64,000 bases of DNA from Takakia lepidozioides (GCA_030704615.1 CM060734.1:33728001-33792000); one strand, 5' to 3'. Shown: positions 36,901 to 51,923, counted from the stretch's first letter. Notes: a model not told the origin generated them from the letters alone. A program made the numbers and translations.

Positions 36901-39900
36901 AAAGTAGGCCACCGGTAACCTGCATGTAGTATCTTCCTACTGGTAGTCTCTTCTCCAAAATGACCTCCTGCCACTCATTTATGAACTTCCTCAAAAACTT
37001 TATTAACTTCATGGTGGTATAAGCATCGCACTCCATCGCACTCCATCTGGTCCTAGCTTATACATTCTGCTCCCTACCATAGTGTAAGGTAGAGCCTTGA
37101 TAGCAATTCTCTTTCTCTGCTCCTTTCCATAACTTGGTGGGCACTGACCATGAGCAAGGTAGTATCTGATTGGCCACTGCCAATCTAACCAGTCATCTGC
37201 ACTTCCCTCCACCTCCACTGCAAATAGACTCGCATCTGGTAATTGATCATCTACTCCCGTGGCTGGTTCTCCTATTGATAACCGTGACAAGTGATCCGCC
37301 ACAAGATGCAGCCTCCCAGGCTTGTAAACAACCTCGAACTCAAACTCGTGCAAGATTATCAACCATCTTGCTATTCTTCTGCTTATCAGAGGTTTGTTTA
37401 CCAGGTATATCAGAGCCTGGTGATCCACATAGAACATAAACTTCTTGCCCAACAGGTAATGCCTGAATTTCTTCACTGCATAGATCATTGCCAATGCTTC
37501 TCTTTCCGTTGTGCTATAATTTCTTTCGGCATTGTTCATCAATCGGCTAGCATAGTACACAGGTGAATCTATCCTTCTTGTAACATTTTGGGCTAACACT
37601 CCTCCTAGTGCTTCTCCAGAAGCATCACAGTGAACATGAAATATTTCTTGCCAGTGAGGATTAATCAGCACAGGTGTAGTTGTTACTGACAATGTAAGTT
37701 CCTCAAAAGCCTGTTGACATTCAGGTGTCCATGCAAACACTGCATCTTTCTTCAGAAGTTTGCTCAATGGTGCTGCTATCTGTGCATACCGTCTGACAAA
37801 TCTTCTATAATAGCTGGTTTGTCCAAGGAATCTCCTTAGACTCTTAACATTCACTGGTGGTGGAGAGGCTTTAATGGCCTCAATTTTCCTGGGATCCACA
37901 AGAAGTCCCCTCTTACACACAATGTGTCCCAGAAGCACCCCTGAGTTCACACAGAAAGTACACTTCTCTGGATTCAGGCCCAGACCTCTCATCCTGCATC
38001 TGGCCAGACATAACTCTAATTATGCAAGTGCTCATTCTTAGAGCTGTACACACTGAAATCATCCAAGAATACCTGCATGAAATCATCCAGATACTCATGA
38101 AAAGATTCACTTATCACTCTCTGGAAGGTTGCTGGTGCATTACAAAGTCCAAAGGGCATGACTTTGTATGCATAAGCACCCAAGTCTGTGATGAAAGCTG
38201 TCTTTCCTTGGTCTTCTTCTGCCACTTGCACTTGATTATAACCACTGAAGCCATCCATGAATGAGTACATCTCATGGCCTGCCACAGTGTCCAATACTGC
38301 TTCTGTGAATGGCAAAGGGAAAGGATCTTTCTTCGTACAAGCATTCAGCTTCTTGTAGTTCACACAAACTCTTAGTTTACCATTCTTCTTGGGAACTATC
38401 ACAATGGGTGACAACCAAGTTGTATACTCTATTGGGTATATAAACTTAGCCTCAGCCAACTTCTTGATCTCTTCTCCAACCTTCTGTGCATAGTTGGGAT
38501 TCATTCTGTACCTTGTCTACTTGATTGGTACTGATCCTGGTTCCAATTCAATCTTATGTTGACAGATTTCAGGTGGTATCGCTTTTAGATCCTCATAGCT
38601 CCAAGCAAATACATCTCTGGATTTGATGAACAAACTCTTAGTTTCTTCAAAGAATTCTGGCTCCAATTCAGCTCCTACCTTCACCATCCTCGGTTCCTCT
38701 TCAGTTCCCACATTCACTTCCCTCACCTGCTCATCAGCTGTGATTGTCCAACCAGTCACCACTTCATCTTGTAAACTCACAGTGGCTGGTTCCTCTAGGA
38801 TTTCCATTTCTCCTTCTCTTTCTTCATAGAAATGTGATGGGTAACTGCTGGTTTCCTCTTCAATTGGTGTTGCTCACACTACACCACAACAGATACTTCT
38901 TAAACAACTTAGGCCTTCCAGCCGCATCTCTGCAACCTGCTCCCACTCTGGGTGTGCCGCAAACAGGGTAGCTTCCTGCTCCTCATCCAGTCCTCCTCTC
39001 CAGTCATACTCTCTGACCCCTCGAGGTCTTCTCGTAGCAGGTAATCTATTAGATTTCTTTGTGGTAATTTGTATCTCGTGCATCCCATTATGCACGGTTA
39101 GTGAATTCTAGTCATGGAATACCCTGGCCTGTTTTAGCCACGGACGTCCCAATAATAAGGAGTAAGCCTCCATGACTTCATCCATCTTCAACATAGTTAC
39201 TGTGATCATAAAGATCATCTTTTGTATCTGTATCTTAACTCCTCTTATCAATCCCAATGGCTGTACACTCCTTTGATCTGCCATTGTTACTGTAAATGGG
39301 GCTGGTTTCATGTTACTTAGACCAAGCTTCTTTCTTAATAGGTCTGTCATGATATTTACTCCAGAGCCTCCATCTATCAGTACATCAGTTAGTTCTGTGC
39401 TTCCAATTCTTAATTGGATTACTGGCATAGAATCATCAAAGTCCATGACTGTTTCTCGCCCTTCCGGCTTCACATTATAACTGGTCACCTTGCTGTTCAA
39501 GTCCGTGTTTCCTGTCTCCTGGGCAATTCGATTGATTGCTTGATACAGCCTGTGTCTACAATAAGGTGCCACAGCCAATAGCTGTCCAATGGTAATCTCT
39601 GCTTTGGTCTGGCATATTACTTCAGCCAAAGTCCCTTCATTACTTTGCATGTCTGCAGCTTCTTTCTTCTTCCTTTCCCCTCACTCACTTCTTCTTCTCC
39701 ATCAGAATCAGAGGAATCTGCCATAGGAATATCAGTACTCTTTTGCATTTCCCTTATGGTATCTGCCACTTCCTTGTGCAATTCCTTCTCATCTCTCCAA
39801 ACCTCATCATCTTTAGGCATATCACTGCCACCTTCATTATCATCATCTTCCTCAACTACTGGAGGTATTAGTTTGGCTTTGCTTCTTGTTACTATCATTG

Positions 39901-40458
39901 TACTTACTTCTGGTACAATACATGGCCTAACCATGTGAGCTGCCACCACTGGGCCCTCATTCACAGGAGCTCTCAAATCATTGTGGTGTCTAATCCAGAA
40001 TGAATAGGCTGCCTTGCGATGTCCTGGCTGATTACAATAGTAACACAGTTCTTCACCATTGGGTCCTCGCCCCTTGGTCTGCTCTTGGATTATTTCTGTA
40101 ATCTTGATTCCCGGGTTGGTAATTCCCCCTTGGATTACCCTGATAGTTGCCTCTGGAATTTTCTTGGTAATTCCCTCTTGAATTACCCCTCCCTTCCATG
40201 CCATTGTTATAACCACCAAACCTACCATAGTGGTCCTAATCATTGTTTCTTCTTGGCTGGGGCTGCACCTGATGCACCCTTACTTGCCTAGGTTCTCTTG
40301 CACCTGTCCTTCTGTTGTAGTAACAATTCTCAGTAGAATGGTTATCCATTTTACAGATAGTACAGTGTTTCTCCTTCATGTGGCATTCAGTGGTGGTATG
40401 GCCTTCATTTTGGCACTTTGCACACCATACACCCTTCCTCCAATGTGTTACAGCCTCT
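33989..40458 (-). mobile_element. Gypsy family A copy 2: defective internal fragment (late gag, pol, repeat, 3' extra ORF)
   Basis: Fragmented ORFs 33930-40243 matching the intact Gag-Pol and the copy 1 extra ORF; bounded on both sides by LTRs of other copies. Confidence 0.92.
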
Positions 40459-43400
40459 TGTTAGAGGACTGTCTGGGACTTAGGCACTTTTACGGGATCT
40501 GTGGGGTACCCTTAATTTTTGCACAGACTGAGACCAACAGGAGCCTTAGGGGTGACAGCAGTGCACTTTAGGGGGGGGTTACACAGCCCGTCACAGTCCG
40601 ACACAGCCCGTCACAGCGGCCACAGCCAGACACAATCGTCACATCCAATCACAGCCAAACACAGCCCGTCACATCCACACAGCCAGTCACAGCCCGACAC
40701 AGCCCGTCACAGCCAACACAGTCGCACAGCCAGTCACAGCCCATCACAGTTTCACACAGCCAGTCACAGCTTGACACAGCTATCACGACCATAGAGCACG
40801 ACAGGGAACGACTGTGGGGAACAACATCTGCGAATGGAACATGTTAGTTCACGGATGACGGTTAGTGAGGGAAACGGTTAGAACAACGGGTAGGAAGATA
40901 AAGCGAGGAGCGAGGACTGGAAAATGATCACTTCTTGGGGAATCACTTCGGGAAGGAGTTGGGGATGACTTCGGGGGAAATGAGAACTTGGAAATGAAGC
41001 GGAGAGCGCATCTCTGAGCAGAAAGAGGGAGAGCACGGAGTAGGAGGAGAACAATCTGTTGATACTTGCTGAATGCAAGAAGTAGAGTTGTAATGTAGAG
41101 CAGAATAGAGATACCATGGCTTCAGCCTGATACTTGATAGATATTAATCTGATACATACTTCATACTCACACTGTGTAGAGAGATCTGAGTGAAGTTGTG
41201 GAATGAATGGATGAGTTGATGGAATCCGATAGATTGCTGAAGCAAACTGATACTTAATAACCAACAGTAAGGTAACTAGCTAACATGAATGCGGGAAGGA
41301 AAATAAATAGGAAACACCCCCATGATACACTAGCTGTAGGTCATGACTGATTGTTCTGAGCGGGCTGAGTGCTTAGAGATTTCCAACTCTTCTATCTTGG
41401 AGTTCCCGCCTCGGATAGCGAAGGGATGGGTGAGTAAAAGCCGCGCGATATTTCGCGACCATACTGGGGAATTGGGTCATGAACAACCAGATGTGACAGA
41501 CATCTGGTGGGATCATGGTGGATGGAGAATTAAAGAATTTGATGTGAATCAAATTCCTTGTGAAACCGAGAAGGAAAGATTGTCCAAACGATTCTTTCAG
41601 AGGTTCTTGGAATTGCCAGACGGATTTAAAGAAAACATTCTTAAGAGAGTGCATGATGCTGACCCTGAGTGGGGTCTGGAGAAAGGAGTGATAAAGATTT
41701 ATCAGGTGGCCTGTAGAGGAAGAGCACGTTGGTTACCAACACTGGTTTATGTGATAGCATTGCTATCCATTAAGCGAGTAGAGTTTGAAGGTTGGGAGGA
41801 AAGAAAGGTGAATGTTTATACTCATATGCATGAAGAGCTTGTACTGGTAAAGAATTGGATTCCAAAGGATATTTTGTGGATCAAACTCACACCAAGAACA
41901 GCTTTCCAGACTTGTTTGCCATATGGTTATATGGTAACGGAGACTTCTAGTATAGCCAAGGGTGCATTGAAGCTTGAAAGAAACCCAGGCATATACGAGA
42001 GATATTACAGAAGAGAGTTTTGGTTATTGCCACATTAAAAGAAATGAAAGACATGGGACATGAGTGATGAAAGAGAAGCTAGACTCCAGAGATATTCAGC
42101 AAAAAGAGAAAGCTATCTGAAAGCTAATTATCCATATCTTTGGGAGAGAGGAATAGACATAGGGGAATCATCTGGACCTCTCACACCAGTAAGATCAGGG
42201 AGTACATCACCCATACCGGAAGAACTAGAGTTGGATGCCACTCCTTCTTTTTCTTTGCAAGAAAGATTAAGGGAATTGGTACGGGAAGAAGATCAATCAC
42301 GAGGTGAAAGATCTGAGGTACATCCCTGGATAAATCTTTGATAAGAGTTGGCATGGAACACCAAAAGCCAGAACTCCAGCTTCTGAAGTGGAGGCTGAAG
42401 AAGGAGGAGAGGATGTGGCAGAGCCAACGAAGAGTTCAGACTCTCCAATACCATTGCAGTTGAGTTACATGAGTGAAGAAGAAACCCAAGGGCAGAACTT
42501 GGAGGATGAAAATAGAGAGAAGAAATTGGAAGAGGAAGAGTATGAAGAAGTAGACCCAATAGCTGAGGTTGATACTACAACCAGGACATCCCAACCCGTT
42601 GGACCTGGATCAAGTGGAGCACTTGGATCACATGCCAATGAAGGTGTCGGCTCAGGGGGATCAGGCGGGTTGCCTGGATCTGGCTCTCGGGGGACAGGGA
42701 GTGTGGAAAGTAGTGCAACTAAAGCTGGGAATACTGTGAATATCGTGGGGCCAGTAGCAAGGAGTGCTCAAGGGCCACCACTTGGTGGAAGATCCACCAC
42801 AACAACAACAGGTCCTCAAGGACCAGCACCAGCAAGGGTGCCAGCACCTGTCAGTGGGCAGAAGGTAGGGCCACAGATGGCGTTACAACCAACACGGACA
42901 AAACCACATTTTCCAATATATTCAGGAAAAGGGGATCCCGATGTACACATTAGCCAATTTGAGCACATGTGTATAGTGAACAATGAGAATGGCGATGATG
43001 CCAAGATGAGATTGTTTCCTTGTTCACTTATCAAGAAAGCAAGTGAATGGTATGCAAGATTCCCTGATAATCATTTGCTAACCTGGAATGGCTTGAATAC
43101 AGCATTCCGAAATAGGTTCAGGACAAGTAAAACTGAGGATGAAGTGTATGGAAGTTTACAACAGTTAAAGCAAAAGAAACATGAAACTGTTGAGCAGTAT
43201 ATGGAAAAGATGGAATTGATGATGAAAAAGTTGGCTGCTGTACCAGCACCAGGTTTATAGAAGACTTGGTTTGTGAGTGGACTAAGACCAGAGTTGCAAA
43301 AGAAAGTGGATATGTTACCCCATAATACAGTGGAGGAGGCATTTGAAACTGCAAACAGAATTGAGCAATTGGGAATGCTCAGGAGAGAGAAAAGGGATGA

Positions 43401-46400
43401 TGAGGACTCTGAGAATGAGTCAGATGAAGAAGAAGAGCAAGAACTAAAAAGGAAGAGTAAGAGAAAGGAGAAGTTGAAAAGGGATAACTATGAGAAAAGA
43501 TAAGAAGAAATCTTGAAGAAGTATACCACAGAGGCTGCAACACATTGGAGGAAGGGTGTATGATGTGCAAAGTGCCAAAATGAAGGCCATACCACCACTG
43601 AATGCCATATGAAGGAGAAACATTGTACTATTTGTTAAATGGATAACCATTCTACTGAGAATTGTTACTACAACAGAAGGACAGCTGCAAGAGAACCTAG
43701 GCAAGTAAGGGTGCATCAGGTGCAGCCCCAGCCAAGAAGAAACAATGATCAGGACCACTATGGTAGGTCTGGTGGTTATAACAATGGCATGGAAGGGAGG
43801 GGTAATTCAAGAGGGAATTACCAAGGAAATTCCAGATGCAACTATCAGGGTAATCCAAGGGGGAATTACCAACCCGGGAATCAAGATTACAGAAATAATC
43901 CAAGAGCAGACCTAGGGCGAGGACCCAATGGTGAAGAACTATGTTACTATTGTAATCAGCCAGGACATCGCAAGGCAGCCTATTCATTCTAGATTAGACA
44001 CCAGAATGATTTGAGAGCTCCTGTGAATGAGGGCCCAGTGGTGGCACCTCACATGGTTAGGCCATGTGTTGTACCAGAAGTAAGTACAATGATAGTAACA
44101 AGAAGCAAAGCCAAACTAATACCTCCAGTAGTTGAGGAAGATGATGATAATGAAGGTGGCAGTGATATGCCTGAAGATGATGAGGCTTGGAGAGATGAGA
44201 AGGAACTGCACAAGGAAGTGGCAGATACCATAAGGGAAATGCAAAAGAGTACTGATATTCCTGTGGCAGATTCCTCTGATTCTGATGGAGAAGAAGAAGT
44301 GAGTGAGGATGAAAGGAAGAAAGAAGCTGCAGACATGCAAAGTAATGAAGGGACTTTGGCTGAAGTAATATGCCAGACCAAAGCAGAGATTACCATTGGA
44401 CAGCTATTGGCTGTGGCACCTTATTGTAGACACAGGCTGTATCAAGCAATCAATCGAATTGCCCAGGAGACAGGAAACACAGACTTGAACAGCAAGGTGA
44501 CTAGTTATAATGTGAAGCCGGAAGGGCGAGAAACAGTCATGGACTTTGATGATTCTATGCCAGTAATCCAATTAAGAATTGGAAGCACAGAACTAACTGA
44601 TGTACTGATAGATGGAGGCTCTGGAGTAAATATCATGACAGACCTATTAAGAAAGAAGCTTGGTCTAAGTAACATGAAACCAGCCCCATTTACAGTAACA
44701 ATGGCAGATCAAAGGAGTGTACAGCCATTGGGATTGATAAGAGGAGTTAAGATACATATACAAAAGATGATCTTTATGATCATAGTAACTGTGTTGAAGA
44801 TGGATGAAGTCATGGAGGCTTACTCCTTATTATTGGGACGTCCGTGGCTAAAACAGGCCAGGGTATTCCATGACTAGAATTCACTAACCGTGCATAATGG
44901 GATGCACGAGATACAAATTACCACAAAGAAATCTAGTAGATTACCTGCTACGAGAAGACCTCGAGGGGTCAGAGAGTATGACTGGAGAGGAGGACTGGAT
45001 GAGGAGCAGGAAGCTACCCTGTTTGCGGCACACCCAGAGTGGGAGCAGGTTGCAGAGATGCGGCTGGAAGGCCTAAGTTGTTTAAGAAGTATCTGTTGTG
45101 GTGTAGTGTGAGCAACACCAATTGAAGAGGAAACCAGCAGTTACCCATCACATTTCTATGAAGAAAGAGAAGGAGAAATGGAAATCCTAGAGGAGCCAGC
45201 CACTGTGAGTTTACAGGATGAAGTGGTGACTGGTTGGACAATCACAGCTGATGAGCAGGTGAGGGAAGTGAATGTGGGAACTGAAGAGGAACCGAGGATG
45301 GTGAAGGTAGGAGCTGAATTGGAGCCAGAATTCTTTGAAGAAGCTAAGAGTTTGTTCATCAAATCCAGAGATGTATTTGCTTGGAGCTATGAGGCTCTAA
45401 AAGGGATACCACCTGAAATCTGTCAGCATAAGATTGAACTGGAACCCGGATCAGTACCAATCAAGTAGGCAAGGCACAGAATGAATCCCAACTATGCATA
45501 GAAGGTTGGAGAAGAGATCAAGAAGTTGGCTGAGGCTAAGTTTATATACCCAATAGAGTATACAACTTGGTTGTCACCCATTGTGATAGTTCCCAAGAAG
45601 AATGGTAAACTAAGAGTTTGTGTGAACTACAAGAAGCTGAATGCTTGTACGAAGAAAGATCCTTTCCCTTTGCCATTCACAGAAGCAGTATTGGACATTG
45701 TGGCAGGCCATGAGATGTACTCATTCATGGATGGCTTCAGCGGTTATAATCAAGTGCAAGTGGCAGAAGAAGACCAAGGAAAGACAGCTTTCATCACAGA
45801 CTGGGGTGCTTATGCATACAAAGTCATGCCCTTTGGACTTTGTAATGCACCAGCAACCTTCCAGAGAGTGATAAGTGAATCTTTTCATGAGTATCTGGAT
45901 GATTTCATGCAGGTGTTCTTGGATGATTTCAGTGTGTACAGCTCTAAGAATGAGCACTTGCATAAATTAGAGTTATGTCTGGCCAGATGCAGGATGAGAG
46001 GTCTGGGCCTGAATCCAGAGAAGTGTACTTTCTGTGTGAACTCAGGGGTGCTTCTGGGACACATTGTGTGTAAGAGGGGACTTCTTGTGGATCCCAGGAA
46101 AACAGAGGCCATTAAAGCCTCTCCACCACCAGTGAATGTTAAGAGTCTAAGGAGATTCCTTGGACAAACCAGCTATTATAGAAGATTTGTCAAACGGTAT
46201 GCACAGATAAGAGCACCATTGAGCAAACTTCTGAAGAAAGATGCAGTGTTTGCATGGACACCTGAATGTCAACAGGCTTTTGAGGAACTTACATTGTCAG
46301 TAACAACTACACCTGTGCTGATTAATCCTCACTGGCAAGAAATATTTCATGTTCACTGTGATGCTTCTGGAGAAGCACTAGGAGGAGTGTTAGCCCAAAA

Positions 46401-47730
46401 TGTTACAAAGGAAGGATAGATTCACCTGTGTACTATGCTAGCCGATTGATGAACAATGCCGAAAGAAATTATAGCACAACGGAAAGAGAAGCATTGGCAA
46501 TGATCTATGCAGTGAAGAAATTCAGGCATTACCTGTTGGGCAAGAAGTTTATGTTCTATATGGATCACCAGGCTCTGATATACCTGGTAAACAAACCTCT
46601 GATAAGCGGAAGAATAGCAAGATGGTTGATAATCTTGCACGAGTTTGAGTTCGAGGTTGTTTACAAGCCTGGGAGGCTGCATCTTGTGGCGGATCACTTG
46701 TCACGGTTATCAACAGGAGAACCAGCCACGGGAGTAGATGATCAATTACCAGATGCGAGTCTATTTGCAGTGGAGGTGGATGGAAGTGCAGATGACTGGT
46801 TAGATTGGCAGTGGCCAATCAGATACTACCTTGCTCATGGTCAGTGCCCACCAAGTTATGGAAAGGAGCAGAGAAAGAGAATTGCTATCAAGGCTCTACC
46901 TTACACTATGGTAGGGAGCAGAATGTATAAGCTAGGACCAGATGGAGTGCGATGGAGTGCGATGCTTATACCACCATGAAGTTAATAAAGTTTTGGAGGA
47001 AGTTCATAAAGGAGTGGCAGGAGGTCATTTTGGAGAAGAGACTACCAGTAGGAAGATACTACATGCAGGTTACCGGTGGCCTACTTTGTTCAAAGATATA
47101 CACAAGTATTGTCAGAGTTCTGATGAATGTCAGAGGCTAGGACCTTTGCAGAGATCTGGGAAGATGGCTTTGCATTCTACAATGCCTACGGAACCATTTC
47201 AGAAATGGGGACTAGACTTTGTTGGACCAATTAACCCACCAGCCAAGAATACACAGAACAGGTACATAATTACAGCCACTGATTATACTACGAACTGGGT
47301 GGAAGCTAAAGCTTTGAGGGACAACACAGCCAAGTCCACAGCAAGGTTCCTGTATGAGAACATACTTACACGATTTGGTTGTCCCTTGGAATTTATCAGT
47401 GATCTGGGAAGTCACTTCATTAATGAGACCATTGAATTATTGACTAAAGAGTTCATGATTGTGCATAGGAAGAGTACAACATATTACCCACAGGGTAATG
47501 GGCAGGCAGAGGCTACCAACAAAATACTATGTACTATCTTGGCTAAGATAGTCAATGCAAACAGAACGGATTGGGATACAAAGCTGCTGACAGCTTTGTG
47601 GTCATACAGGACTTCATATAAAGTCACCACTAAGTATACACCATTCCAATTAGTTTATGGTATGGAAGCTTTACTTCCAGTGGAATTCCTGTTACCTACC
47701 ATGAGAATGGAATGGGGAAAGAGAATGGAA
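40459..47730 (+). mobile_element. Gypsy family A copy 3: 5' LTR (40459-41450), mutated PBS, ORF1, defective gag-pol, truncated in integrase
   Basis: TGTTAGAGG...GCGCGATA, TCGCGACCATACTGGGGA, many stops; similarity ends at GAATGGAA (~47730). Confidence 0.92.
41343..42038 (+). CDS. Upstream extra ORF (ORF1, 231 aa) of copy 3
   Basis: Same length and near-identical to 61480-62175. Confidence 0.6.
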   Translation: MTDCSERAECLEISNSSILEFPPRIAKGWVSKSRAIFRDHTGELGHEQPDVTDIWWDHGGWRIKEFDVNQIPCETEKERLSKRFFQRFLELPDGFKENILKRVHDADPEWGLEKGVIKIYQVACRGRARWLPTLVYVIALLSIKRVEFEGWEERKVNVYTHMHEELVLVKNWIPKDILWIKLTPRTAFQTCLPYGYMVTETSSIAKGALKLERNPGIYERYYRREFWLLPH

Positions 47731-50700
47731 TGCTGGCACAAGCATTGAGAATACAAATGAATGTGATCCCGTCGGGCATCAACCTTCCTGTTTACATCGT
47801 GTGGGCCAAAGTGTGTGGGTGAACTTATCCGGCGGGGGAAAATCGATTTTGGCACAGTTGACAAAGGGTTGGCAGACATTAAAAAGTTGGGTTGGGCAGA
47901 TGATGTCCGTTTCAATTGGGTCAAATGCTTAGACATCCACTGTTGGTCAGGCCGTTGAATGTGCCACTGTCCCGTTATAACAGCCTAAGTAACAAATGTT
48001 GTGGGCACGTCGTGGAGGACAGTCTGTGGAGGGTACTGTTCAGCAGACTCCACTGAGGTTCGCAATGGGAGTGTCTTTTTCAATGTCATCCTGAGTCTTC
48101 TGATTAGTCTGTTTGCAAGTCTCCTGGTCACAGGCGTCTCGAGACTCCACGGTAGTCTGCTGATTTCCCAAGGCAGTCTGCTCTATGACATGTCTTGTCT
48201 GCTCAATTTCCATGCCAGTCTGCTGAGACTCCAAACTAGTCTGCTGAGACTGCATACCAGTCCGCTGAAAATCCCCGGCAGTCTCCTGAGACCTCCCCCC
48301 AGCCTGCCGGACCTAGCTAGCCTTACGGACAGTCCCCTGGTTTTCATGACCCTGCACAACTAGGACAACCTCTGTAGCAGCCCTGGCAAGGGAGTCGAAA
48401 GCACTCAGCATGCGATTTCCAAGTCCCGATGTCCGCCCTGCATGGAACACAAAAAACGATATAAACAAATGCAGTGGAGGATTGGCGGGGGGAAAGCAGT
48501 GAATGAGACAGAGCAGCACGCAAGTACCTTCCATCAGATTTCCAACGAGTCCGATGTCCTTAATTTGGCGGTCCAGCAGTGCGGAATCAAGGTGGGCAAG
48601 CGCGGAACTGCGGTCGTGATGTAGTGAGCCAGACCACAATACTCTGAACACGTCTGGTTTGAGCAAGACAATGTCAAACATAGCACGCTCCATTACATAC
48701 GAGAACCACAACATAGCCTCATTTACAACAGACTCTCGTGCTTGTGATCCGTCTGTAACAGACTCTTTTGCTTGTGATCCATGTAGGAAGTCTTGCCGAA
48801 GAGTGGGCAAGTCCTTCAGCAACTTCTTGTATGATGTGAAATTTCCAAATTGCATCCATCGATGTTGCAGGAACGATGATGCCATCCGGTTGAAGTGGAC
48901 CGCAGTCACTGCGGACAAGTGCTTCTTGCGAACACCGAATGTTGGGTGTGCCATAGCCATATGCCGCACCTCCTCCGGGCGAGGGTCATCCATAAGGAGG
49001 AGCTGAACAAGGAGTGGCGGTTCATTTCCTTCACTCAAAGAAGAAACAGCTATAGGATCCTCTGCGTTCTTCGGCGCCACCGGTAACAGCGATCTCCACA
49101 CCCCAAAAATGCCCATAGTGGAGGGGAAATGGGCATAGTCTTCACCCTGTCCAATTGGCCCAGTCTAAGGTATGAGGTCTGCTGAGGCATGCTTCGGTCT
49201 GCCCAGGTGCGAGGAGTTCTGCTCATGATTACTGGCGTGCGCTTCACTGTGGTTTGGTGTGATGAGGTCTGTTGGGATCTCTTGAGGTCTGTCGTGGTCT
49301 GTTGTGGTCTCCTGAGGAGTGATGAAGTCAGCGGTCTGCTGGAGGGGACCTGCCGACTCCGTGTCAAGTTTGCCTATGGCGGCTGCTGATCCGGGGTATT
49401 TCATCAAAATGTACTCGCGAACCCGCTGCACTGCAAGCGGCACCTCACACACTTGCAAAGGAGGTTCCTGACGTGGCGTCCGCCAAGTTGATATGGCTTT
49501 GCGAATAGACTGAGCAGTGTGCTGTGCAGCAAAAGACAAATGAGCTTCATCGGACAGACCGGATCCATGACTGAATTTAATGACACTCAGTAGACAATCA
49601 ACAGACCATCAGCAGACCACAATACTCAGCAGACCATGATATTTAGCAGACACTCGTACCTTAGCAGACAAAAACATTTCAGAAGACCTAATTATGGACG
49701 TATACAGTCTGCTGAAGTCTTCCACAGATGAGCAGACTACGCGACAACACAAGAAATAGGTCTGTCGGCTTCACCACAAGTCGGTTCATACGGGAGCTGG
49801 CTGCTATGCAGCAAAACACACATGATCCATTGGGCATTCGGAGCTCTAAGATCTCTCAGCAAACCACAACACTCAGCAGACCATGGCAATGAGCATACCA
49901 CTACCTTTAGCAGACTCCAGAAAAAAGGGCAGAATAATAAGAGACCGAACTATGGACGTGCATAGTCTGCTGAAGTTCAGCAGACTAATCGACAGTAGTC
50001 CCAAAAAAATGCAGAAAATTGCAAGAATGGTTTGATAGCATTACCTCGTCAAATATGTTGCCCGCATCGCCATCACGCATGGCATTCAACCACTTTTCTT
50101 CGGCTTCCCGAATACTTGATGTTATCCGTCCTGTCTGCACATATCTGAAGAAAAAGCGGAAGAACTGCGGATCGTCTTGGGGTGGGCAGACTGGTGGGAG
50201 AACGCCAAACTGAAGTAGGTGCAACGTTCCCGGGCAGGCTGGACCAGCAGACTTGTGGGTGGTCTTTTCAGGTCCCATATCTTTGGTCTGCCCAAACCGC
50301 AAACCAGGCTGCTGGGTCTCCTGGGCGGTGTGGGCAAGAGAGGTGTTGTCGTCGGGGCTGTCTATGAGCATGTCCAAGTTTGTCCTCTCAGATAAGGCAA
50401 TATCCACTGCACTGGATAGTGGACCTTGCCTTTCAAAGTCATTATTTCGGATGATGTTGTCGGTATGCTCGGCAGACCGGCGAAGAAGAACATCGGCAGA
50501 CTCGGACTCACTGGAGGAACTGATGGGTATAGTCTGCCGGGACTTTCTGGTCTGACAAGCATCGGGCAGACTCCCATGTAGGCCCGCAATGCTTGCATCC
50601 CAAGCAGAGTTTGCCTGACGCGCTTTGGACGGACCCCCCTGTAGGACTGATAGGTTTGCATCGCGAGCAGACCTTGCCGCTTTCGCTCCCGCTTTTTTTT

Positions 50701-51923
50701 TGCCCCATCACTGAGTTTTCGCTTGCGGGGAGGCACATGCACTTCCTCCAGACTGCCTAGTTGCATCCTTCCAGCAGCCCGCTAGTACCGTTGGCGCAAT
50801 TCCTCTGTACTTCACGGAATTGGGTTTGCGCCGCGGCTATTGAAAACAGCCTCATCTTTAGCTTTGTGCGATACCGGTATGGGCCACGGCTTGAAATTCG
50901 GTGGAATGGTACCCTTGCAACCTATGTCCACACAATGGCGGTTCAACTGGATTTTGTCCTTTATGGCTTCCTCATAGAAAGGACACCTGAGCCTATCCTT
51001 CTTCCATTATGGGTTCTCCTCCTTGGCTACACAGAGATCAATACATGCTTCCACTATTTTGTGATCGTACTCCTTTGGGGAGTACCAATATCTTTGCAGC
51101 TTCTTCAAATGTGTGACGTGCACAAAGTCGATCCAGTTGGGTCCGCCCTTCGCGCTAGCTTCCTCCATCACCTATACAATACAACAGAGAAAGGCAGAGG
51201 GCCCAACAAAAACGGAGAAGTGCAAAGAATGGAGGAAAACAGAGAGTGCGAGAACCGGTGAGAACGAACACTACATACAAGGACAGACAGAGAAGGGAGA
51301 ACCAAAACGACAAGTACACAGCAGAAGACGAGGAACGCAACGGGCTACGGGAGCAACGGTCTTGGTGACTATTGGGGTCTAAGATGACTCTCCAAATCTG
51401 CGCGCGGAAAGAAGTCTGCGCAAGGAAGACAGATGTTGACATAAAAGCAGACCACAACACCGGCGGGAAGGCGAAGTTGAAGTTCAAGCTGACCCGAGAG
51501 CGGAAATGCAGTACACCCACGGCACGACGTGGCGCGCCATGATTGACGCCGCCACCACCGCCGTTGCATTTACTAGGTCTACCGAGTGCACAACAGACCG
51601 AGTGAATAGCAGACAGAGTCCAGCAGACTAGAATCAACAGACCGATTTGAGCATACCAACACATAATCCACTAAGCAGGTCCACCCGACTGCAATAGGCT
51701 GACGACGAAACAGACTATACAAAACAGACAAACTAGCAGGTCGACAGACTGGCAGGTCAACATGGTCATTGTTCCGTCGCCCTCTGTAACAAGCTACAGG
51801 CAGACTAGACTGACGGTGTGACGGAGACAACAGACTAGCTGAAAAGATTGGCAGGACAACAGACTAGCAGACGGAATGGTGTACAGCCAAATTTTCGACG
51901 CGGCACCATGGTTTCACAGTTTC
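47731..51923 (-). other. Unidentified degenerate multi-exon gene region rich in CAGAC/GTCTG motifs, probably part of another transposon
   Basis: Minus-strand ORF pieces 48313-49116, 49165-49539, 49985-50407, 50362-50766; 21-bp repeats at 48090-48310; CAGACTAG cluster at 51590-51880. Confidence 0.4.

Noticed and set aside
32967-41450. A complete LTR element bounded by two direct LTRs
   Set aside because: The first LTR is preceded by a PPT (3' LTR) and the second is followed by a PBS (5' LTR); the interior is antisense; no TSD
50570-50650. AP2/ERF domain (YRGVR)
   Set aside because: Only the pentapeptide matches; the downstream W-AEIR and WLGTF motifs are missing
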